From a virus (lineage: Duplodnaviria > Caudoviricetes): DNA of 33,664 nucleotides. Made by a program: the position numbers and the translations under genes. Below, one piece after another: positions 28,476 through 33,664 of the stretch. Numbering within the stretch: the first letter of the stretch is position 1; the number at the start of each line of letters is the position of its first letter. The stretch lies in the IMG/VR virus record IMGVR_UViG_3300017978_000127, positions 1 through 33,664 of that record. One strand, 5' to 3'. The notes under the pieces were generated by a model. It searched no databases. It was not told the DNA's origin and saw nothing but the letters and a program-made list of their open reading frames with translations.

Positions 28476-28534
28476 ACGCAGACTCCTTGGAGTCGAGCAT
28501 TGCGTAGAGGGTTCTTACTTGCGTTCGAAGTCAT
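28472..28534 (-). CDS. possible 20-aa leader peptide (MTSNASKNPLRNARLQGVCV) coupled to terS
   Basis: AAGGA upstream; its TGA overlaps the terS ATG (ATGA). Confidence 0.35.
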   Translation of the reverse strand: MTSNASKNPLRNARLQGVCV

Positions 28535-28781
28535 TGTAGTCTTTATCCTTCTAAGGGAGACATCTATGTTAAATTATTTAAAGTTTAATACACTAACGTG
28601 AAATACATCTTTATTGTAGTAGGATCTAAGATGAAATATATTTTATTGTTTATCATCTTAAGTTCCCTCTACGAGGAGTACGGATAGTGTGTCTTTACTG
28701 TCTGCTATGTAGTGGGGTCAGGCTACATAGACTTCATCTTGAGTCCTACATAGTTAAGTCGTTAATTTAACTAATACGTAT

Positions 28782-28810
28782 ATTATACCACACTTTTGAA
28801 GGTTTGTCAA
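28782..28810 (-). promoter_or_regulatory. consensus sigma70 promoter for the morphogenesis arm
   Basis: Minus strand TTGACA-aaccttcaaaagtgtgg(17 nt)-TATAAT, with extended -10 TG and an A-rich upstream element. Confidence 0.88.
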
Positions 28811-28969
28811 GCTTTTTCTTCACTTTGTTACAACTTTTTTTATTTATTTTTCATGGTGTCTATAAAGTAGTACCTACGTATACATCTATGTTCCTTTAAA
28901 GTTCCCCTTTCAGGGTGTACGCTTTCCCTTGGTAGTTCTCTATATAGTTATAACTCATAACTTCTTTTG

Positions 28970-28982
28970 TATCAAGCACTTA
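28970..28982 (+). promoter_or_regulatory. IHF-consensus site
   Basis: TATCAAGCACTTA matches WATCAANNNNTTR and has an AT-rich 5' flank. Confidence 0.5.
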
Positions 28983-29094
28983 GCAGTTACTCTGTAGGTC
29001 TAATCTGTCCCCAATTAATTATCTTAGTTTTACTCTTTTGTGTGCTCCAGAGGCTCCTGCAAAGATAAACTCTACAGCAACACCCCTCCCCCCC

Positions 29095-29370
29095 ATGACT
29101 AAGTAGTCACAAAGTAACTGAGCAGTCACAATCTGTACACATTGTCGTCTAAGTGACTGTATAGTTACAATCTGTACTGAACTGTACAGTCATTGTATAG
29201 TCTGAGCAGTCACATTGTATACTGCCTAGTTACTGACTGTATAGTCACTGTATAGTCCAGTCGGTTACATTGTATACTGAGCAGTTACGTTTTACGTAGG
29301 CTAGTGTGAAGGGCGATGTAGGAGCCTATGACGTATACTTGACAGTCTATGTCAAATACTTGACAGTCAC
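29095..29370. repeat. array of about 10 quasi-palindromic ACT-N4-AGT(YAC) units
   Basis: Examples: ATGACTaagtAGTCAC 29095, GTAACTgagcAGTCAC 29114, GTGACTgtatAGTTAC 29153, CTGACTgtatAGTCAC 29233, tatACTgagcAGTTAC 29273. Confidence 0.85.
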
Positions 29371-29500
29371 TATCCACACGTTATTCACAGCCTATAAAGT
29401 TATCCACAGTTGAGCAACTATCGTGCCAAGGTTATGCACAGGTTATCAGTCTTATATAAGAGTTGTGTTTGTGGACAAGTACCACTAGCAGTGTGGACAA
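29370..29500. promoter_or_regulatory. cluster of six DnaA-box-like 9-mers
   Basis: CTATCCACA 29370, TTATTCACA 29381, TTATCCACA 29400, TTATGCACA 29432; inverted TGTGGACAA at 29470 and 29492. Confidence 0.75.
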
Positions 29501-29688
29501 CTATTTCCAAGGGGTTAGCCTAGGCAGGGGTCAGACAGGCCTCCACGGGCCTATAAAGTGCCTTGCTGAGCTTGTTGCATAGATACAACACAATCAAGGA
29601 ATTATTTTCAGTAGTTGTCACAAAGGTGACAGACACGGGGTCAGAGGCTGTCAAAATAGAGGCATCAGCAACCAACCAAGGAACCACC

Positions 29689-29910
29689 ATGCAAGAACTC
29701 ACATTCACCACCACACTGGACGATCAAGGCAAGCCTGACAGCTACTCAGTTGATGGCATAGTCACCCTCGAAGGCGAATCAGTGCCTGTCGGTTACTTCA
29801 GCACCGACTTCAACAAGGCCTTCGATGAATTGATGTATTGGATTCACTCTGTCGAATCTGACAGCAAGAACGCAGCCGTCAATGTCACATTCAAAAACAC
29901 TCAGGAGTAA
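29689..29910 (+). CDS. first early gene, acidic hypothetical protein, 73 aa
   Basis: AAGGA RBS before ATG 29689. Confidence 0.7.
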   Translation: MQELTFTTTLDDQGKPDSYSVDGIVTLEGESVPVGYFSTDFNKAFDELMYWIHSVESDSKNAAVNVTFKNTQE

Positions 29911-29915
29911 TCACC

Positions 29916-30116
29916 ATGAAATACAAACTGAATGTGGCCCGAGACGTGGACGTGGACGGCTGCGGCGATGATGTGGCATATATCCTGAACCTGCCTAAGG
30001 GCTTTAGATTCGATGACGATCTGGTACACGTCAGGGGCTTTGACACAATGAAGGAATTACGGCAGGCAGTCAAAACTGATATAATCCCCTGCACCTGCTC
30101 AGGCTGCACACAGTAA
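29916..30116 (+). CDS. early hypothetical protein with C-terminal CTCSGC
   Basis: AGGAG RBS. Confidence 0.75.
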   Translation: MKYKLNVARDVDVDGCGDDVAYILNLPKGFRFDDDLVHVRGFDTMKELRQAVKTDIIPCTCSGCTQ

Positions 30117-30137
30117 CCATTTAACCGGAGAAACACC

Positions 30138-30215
30138 ATGAAACATATTCTAGAATTTATCCTCTGCCTCGCGATCTTTGCAGGCTGGGGTATCATGCTT
30201 GCTTTGGGCGTGTAA
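30138..30215 (+). CDS. small hydrophobic peptide, 25 aa (MKHILEFILCLAIFAGWGIMLALGV)
   Basis: GGAG RBS; composition of a single TM helix. Confidence 0.6.
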   Translation: MKHILEFILCLAIFAGWGIMLALGV

Positions 30216-30221
30216 CCTAAG

Positions 30222-30272
30222 TGACAGTGCAGTGTGTAGTAGTGTGACAGACTACTATGCAGTGTAGCGTCA
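30222..30272 (+). other. long imperfect RNA hairpin, RNase III-site-like
   Basis: TGAC-ag-TGCA-g-TGTGTAGTAGT [GTGACAG] ACTACTATGCA-g-TGTA-gc-GTCA, with G-U pairs on the + strand. Confidence 0.6.
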
Positions 30273-30328
30273 AACCAGTACACACACTCAGTGCCTGACT
30301 GTATCAGGTTTCAAATGGAGTCTATATC

Positions 30329-30658
30329 ATGTCTGATCTCAAAGCCCACGTTCAATCAATCGCCGATAACCTTACCAACCCGCCAGAGGAGTGGAACGAA
30401 GGCCGGGATGTTGACTCAGAGGGTGAATTCTCAGCCTTTGACTATTTGCAGGATGCACTGGACATTGAATACATTGTTAACAGCAAAGGCGAATACTTAG
30501 GCGCTCGGGTGCTGGTGGCCTTTGGTGGGCCTAATATCTGGGTCAACACTCGCACAGGCACTGTAGAGGGTGCATGGTGGGGTGCGCGTTCAGAGGCATC
30601 ATTCAAGGATAATTTGGGCCTTGATGAGGCTTTGTCTGAATTGTGGGCTTGCCGCTAA
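30329..30658 (+). CDS. early acidic hypothetical protein (AFGGPNIW motif)
   Basis: GGAG RBS; intact 109-aa ORF. Confidence 0.8.
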   Translation: MSDLKAHVQSIADNLTNPPEEWNEGRDVDSEGEFSAFDYLQDALDIEYIVNSKGEYLGARVLVAFGGPNIWVNTRTGTVEGAWWGARSEASFKDNLGLDEALSELWACR

Positions 30659-30669
30659 GGGGTGACACT

Positions 30670-30873
30670 ATGCCAAGATATGAAGTACAATTCAAAACAT
30701 CCGGCATAGTGGCCTTTAGCGCCACAGAGCGAGCAATCTGTCAACACTGGTATGATTGCAATAACTTCGGCCCTGAGATGCCCTATTGTGACCCTGAGAC
30801 AGGGGAAATAGACCCTGAACGATGGGTTAAGGGTGAGTGCCTTGACTTGTTTACAATCAAGAGGATTAAATAG
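30670..30873 (+). CDS. early hypothetical protein
   Basis: AAGGGGTG RBS before ATG 30670. Confidence 0.7.
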   Translation: MPRYEVQFKTSGIVAFSATERAICQHWYDCNNFGPEMPYCDPETGEIDPERWVKGECLDLFTIKRIK

Positions 30874-30875
30874 TT

Positions 30876-31055
30876 ATGAATCATCACCAATTATGGCTTG
30901 ACACCTTGAACATGGCCCAGCAACAAGGCAAACCCTTAGCCGAGGCGCTTAAAATGGCCGATAGTTGGCCCTTCCCTGTATTCCCTAATCCATTGGACAC
31001 CGGGAACAAGTTACCTAAATTTAACCCTTCAAACCATGAGGATGCACCACTATGA
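30876..31055 (+). CDS. early hypothetical protein, 59 aa (...SWPFPVFP...HEDAPL); not in the ORF track
   Basis: Starts 2 nt after the previous stop; GAGGA upstream. Confidence 0.65.
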   Translation: MNHHQLWLDTLNMAQQQGKPLAEALKMADSWPFPVFPNPLDTGNKLPKFNPSNHEDAPL

Positions 31056-31068
31056 GCGAAAGGAGCGA

Positions 31069-31302
31069 ATGAACATGAAGGCACACATTTACACCATTGA
31101 GGATGAATACATGGGTATACCCTTAACAATCGAAGGGGAATTGATCGACTATGAAGACCATGAACCACCCTTCATTGTTATCCAAGATATATCATTCAAG
31201 GATAGACCACTGGAAATGTGGACACTAAACGAGCGATACATTGAACACCTGCGGAACAGGATATTTCAGACTTGGTGTAGTGAGGTGAACAATCATGCTT
31301 AA
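31069..31302 (+). CDS. early hypothetical protein
   Basis: AAGGAG RBS; start at 31069 or 31075. Confidence 0.7.
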   Translation: MNMKAHIYTIEDEYMGIPLTIEGELIDYEDHEPPFIVIQDISFKDRPLEMWTLNERYIEHLRNRIFQTWCSEVNNHA

Positions 31303-31366
31303 AACCATAAGTTTCTTTGTCTTTATCATTGCCTGCTACATGATCGGAGGACACATTGATGCATAG
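31295..31366 (+). CDS. small hydrophobic peptide, 23 aa (MLKTISFFVFIIACYMIGGHIDA)
   Basis: GAGGTG RBS; overlaps the previous stop. Confidence 0.5.
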   Translation: MLKTISFFVFIIACYMIGGHIDA

Positions 31367-31448
31367 ATGGCTCAGCAAGGCACTTAAACGGGCCATAGAG
31401 ATGCTTTTACCGACTAACCAAGGGCTAGGTAGCCAAAGGAGTAAATAA
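31359..31448 (+). CDS. small basic peptide, 29 aa (MHRWLSKALKRAIEMLLP...)
   Basis: GGAGG RBS; TAATG coupling to the next gene. Confidence 0.45.
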   Translation: MHRWLSKALKRAIEMLLPTNQGLGSQRSK

Positions 31449-31693
31449 TGCGTTGTGGATGCTGTAATAAAAGACTGAGTGACTACGAGTCAACACTCAA
31501 ACACGCCGAGACAGGACACTATCTGGACACCTGCATGGACTGTCTAAGCGAGATTGCCTACGATGTGCCCATGTTGGTGAAGGACAGGAAAGACCTTATC
31601 ACAGAAGTGGACAATCAAGAGGAACTTGACAGCTTGAGCGACATGGAGTACAATAAGTACTCTAAAGACAACGATGAAGATAAAGATACTTAA
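31448..31693 (+). CDS. zinc-finger hypothetical protein
   Basis: MRCGCCNKRLSDYE...YLDTCMDC; AAGGAG RBS. Confidence 0.8.
   Translation: MRCGCCNKRLSDYESTLKHAETGHYLDTCMDCLSEIAYDVPMLVKDRKDLITEVDNQEELDSLSDMEYNKYSKDNDEDKDT
31626..31654 (+). promoter_or_regulatory. sigma70 promoter directed toward the primase and replication genes
   Basis: TTGACA-gcttgagcgacatggag(17 nt)-TACAAT. Confidence 0.7.
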
Positions 31694-31766
31694 ATGTAAA
31701 GATATATTATAAGTATATTTATATATAACATCTATGTCTATGTACTGTATAGTGTCTATATAGTAT

Positions 31767-31794
31767 ATTATACATAGTTTGTCTAATTTGTCAA
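31767..31794 (-). promoter_or_regulatory. antisense sigma70 promoter
   Basis: Minus strand TTGACA-aattagacaaactatg(16 nt)-TATAAT. Confidence 0.65.
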
Positions 31795-31830
31795 GTACGC
31801 TGAAAGTACTACATTTAAGGAGTAGATCTA

Positions 31831-31980
31831 ATGTCAGAATCTGAACTTGAAGAAGGTCTCAAAGAAGCACACTATCACTGGGTGTTGTCTGAGGTTGTCG
31901 ATCTCATGGAGGAATATGGACAACTTAAAGTGTTAATTGACATTACAGAACAACTACACAAAAGGGACATAAAAGAATGA
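31831..31980 (+). CDS. hypothetical protein, 49 aa; not in the ORF track
   Basis: TAAGGAG RBS; MSESELEEGLKEAHYHWVL... Confidence 0.7.
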   Translation: MSESELEEGLKEAHYHWVLSEVVDLMEEYGQLKVLIDITEQLHKRDIKE

Positions 31981-32033
31981 TTGTTGCTGTAATCATTGGT
32001 CTATTGACTTTAATCAAAATTTCATTGGGGTAA
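31977..32033 (+). CDS. small hydrophobic peptide, 18 aa (MIVAVIIGLLTLIKISLG)
   Basis: ATGA coupling to the previous gene; fills the gap to the next. Confidence 0.4.
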   Translation: MIVAVIIGLLTLIKISLG

Positions 32034-32039
32034 ATTGAT

Positions 32040-32285
32040 ATGTTGTCTTTAAACATGACGCTTAATGACTGTCCTGTGACTATCTTGTTCAACTGGTACG
32101 GGGAAGAACCTGACTGGGAGAGCATGGAAGTAATCGCTTTGTTGCCTGTTCCAGAGCCTAATAAGGCTAAGTATTGGGTTACAATCAACGATGTATTGAG
32201 CGATGCTGATTGGGACAATATCAGGACTGAAATCTTTTGGAATCAGGACGACTTGATGCGTCAGAAGGAAGAAAATGAATATTAA
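32040..32285 (+). CDS. hypothetical acidic protein
   Basis: Intact ORF in the operon. Confidence 0.7.
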   Translation: MLSLNMTLNDCPVTILFNWYGEEPDWESMEVIALLPVPEPNKAKYWVTINDVLSDADWDNIRTEIFWNQDDLMRQKEENEY

Positions 32286-32730
32286 AGATTATGCATTCAG
32301 TGGTAACGTCAGCACGGAACGTGCGCTGGACTTGGCGCTGGAGGCGCTGGAAGCACTGCACAAACACGGCGACATTGCTTGTGTAGTAACGCCAGAGCGT
32401 GAATTTCGTTTGCCGCAAGTCATCACCGCCATCAAGCAAGTCCGTTCAGTACCTGTGAAGGAGCCTGTGGCGTGGAAGAACGCGGCTATTCGACTAGGTG
32501 AAGAACTGTCCAGTGTTGGGCCTGCTGGCTACTACGACATGACCGCAGAGCAATGGCTTGATTGGGCAATGACTCAGCAGCCACGAGGCAAGAACTCATT
32601 ACCCGCAGCACAGCGGCAATGGGTTGGGCTGACGGATGAGGAGCGCAACAAGATACGGTTCGACTACTTGGACTATGACGAACGTGCCCGAGCTACCGAA
32701 GCCAAACTCAAGGAGAAGAACAATGGATAA
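32275..32730 (+). CDS. hypothetical modular protein (LALEALE / EPVAW / WVGLTDEE / EAKLKEKN)
   Basis: Contains short motifs recurrent in proteobacterial phage accessory genes. Confidence 0.75.
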   Translation: MNIKDYAFSGNVSTERALDLALEALEALHKHGDIACVVTPEREFRLPQVITAIKQVRSVPVKEPVAWKNAAIRLGEELSSVGPAGYYDMTAEQWLDWAMTQQPRGKNSLPAAQRQWVGLTDEERNKIRFDYLDYDERARATEAKLKEKNNG

Positions 32731-33058
32731 GCAAGACATAAATTGGACTCAGGCCACAGTGCCAGACAAAATTCTGTCCGTTGGAAACATCAAGCCCAAC
32801 TACAACATCAGCTTTCACAACAACGGCAAAGAGGTAGGCAAGCTGGACTTCAACGGTTCTGCACTGGTGTTTACTGGTGACGCAGAGGAAAGCGCCAAGG
32901 TATTCTTTGATTGGATCGCACAGTCATTTGCAGGGCGGCTGGCGGAGGAGCGCAAGGCAGAGCGTGAGGCGTGTGTAAAGGCTGCTGACGATCAATGGGT
33001 GCGTAATCCGAATGTGTCGGGCGGTGATGCCATCCGAGCCAGAGGAGAAACCAAATGA
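32723..33058 (+). CDS. hypothetical protein ending AEREAC...AIRARG
   Basis: AAGGAG RBS before ATG 32723. Confidence 0.72.
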   Translation: MDKQDINWTQATVPDKILSVGNIKPNYNISFHNNGKEVGKLDFNGSALVFTGDAEESAKVFFDWIAQSFAGRLAEERKAEREACVKAADDQWVRNPNVSGGDAIRARGETK

Positions 33059-33294
33059 GAGACACGATAGACATGGCCCGTGAGACCAAGATGCCCTACG
33101 ACTTTGTAACTGGTGAGCCAATCTACCTTGAAAAGTTGAAAGCCTTTGAAGCCCTTGTCCGTGCTGATGAGCGAAGTGTAGAGCGTGAGGCTATAAAAGC
33201 CATTTGCAAGGCAGAACAAACGGAAGATTCGTCAGACCTTTGGAATGTGTGTTGTACCCACATCATTAATAAGATCAACGAAAGAAAAGCATGA
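33055..33294 (+). CDS. hypothetical protein
   Basis: AGGAG RBS; ATGA coupling. Confidence 0.7.
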   Translation: MRDTIDMARETKMPYDFVTGEPIYLEKLKAFEALVRADERSVEREAIKAICKAEQTEDSSDLWNVCCTHIINKINERKA

Positions 33295-33488
33295 ACGAGA
33301 TATTCTTTATTGTGTGTATTGTCGTTATTGGGTTTGCTCTTGCCGGGTTGATTTGGGATTTGTTTTTAGTTGCTTCTTTGCCCGTGATGGTGAAGGTTGA
33401 CTGGGAACGTATTAACCAAGAAAAAATAAAGGCGTTGGATCGCCAACTTGAAGTCATTGCCGCCATCCGAGCAAGGGGGAACACATGA
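33291..33488 (+). CDS. hypothetical membrane protein ending AIRARG
   Basis: ATGA coupling on both sides; hydrophobic N-terminus. Confidence 0.65.
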   Translation: MNEIFFIVCIVVIGFALAGLIWDLFLVASLPVMVKVDWERINQEKIKALDRQLEVIAAIRARGNT

Positions 33489-33664
33489 CTTCTAAGTTTC
33501 TCCGTCACATAGCCTGTGAGCACTGTGGCAGCACAGACGGGAACTCGCTCTATGACGATGGACACACACACTGTTTTGTCTGTGGTAAGACAGAATTTGA
33601 ACATGAACATGAAGAAAGATCAGTTATGAGAGACGCTGTAGCGCCTTCAGCTAAGCAGGTAGAG
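33485..33664 (+). CDS. DNA primase(/helicase), T7 gp4-like, N-terminal zinc-binding domain; truncated by the window end
   Basis: MTSKFLRHIACEHCGSTDGNSLYDDGHTHCFVC matches the gp4 Cys4 zinc ribbon. Confidence 0.9.
   Translation, partial: MTSKFLRHIACEHCGSTDGNSLYDDGHTHCFVCGKTEFEHEHEERSVMRDAVAPSAKQVE

Noticed and set aside
29095-29370. Possible CRISPR or mini-array
   Set aside because: Units are about 16 bp, degenerate and irregularly spaced, with no unique spacers and no cas genes
29339-29390. Two TTGACA hexamers as early promoters
   Set aside because: No acceptable -10 element at 16-18 nt; they fit better as ACT-tgac-AGT members of the palindrome array
29563-29688. N-terminal extension of the first early ORF given by the track
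   Set aside because: TTG start without an RBS; ATG 29689 has an AAGGA RBS, so this stretch is probably regulatory

Overview
The window is most of the genome of a lytic, podovirus-type dsDNA phage with two opposed gene arms, resembling the SIO1/cobavirus-like (Zobellviridae-type) layout. It appears circularly permuted. The + strand replication and nucleotide-metabolism arm (1-8196) carries tRNA-Leu(UAA), SSB, a 5'-3' exonuclease, T7-like endonuclease I, ThyX, a MazG-like protein, a metallophosphoesterase, DUF3310, class II ribonucleotide reductase, glutaredoxin, PhoH and a ClpP-like protease. It meets the - strand morphogenesis and lysis arm (28475 down to 8246) at a bidirectional terminator. 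That arm encodes TerS, TerL, HNH, portal, scaffold, capsid, two tail fibres, adaptor/nozzle, three internal virion proteins, holin-like proteins and endolysin. A ~1.2 kb non-coding divergent region (28476-29688) probably holds the genome terminus. It is followed by small early genes and the start of a T7 gp4-like primase, truncated at the window end. No RNA polymerase, integrase, reverse transcriptase or CRISPR array is visible, and the DNA polymerase presumably lies outside the window. The most unusual signals are non-coding: six DnaA-box-like 9-mers next to an array of ACT-N4-AGTYAC palindromes and an IHF-consensus site; a structured ~300-nt late leader with a uORF coupled to terS; convergent sigma70 promoters around an AT-rich stretch; and an RBS-occluding hairpin before the scaffold gene. 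Two coding-level signals also stand out: matched 27-aa and 29-aa repeat blocks in an internal virion protein, and shared junction sequences among early genes. All calls come from reading motifs by eye; no searches were run.
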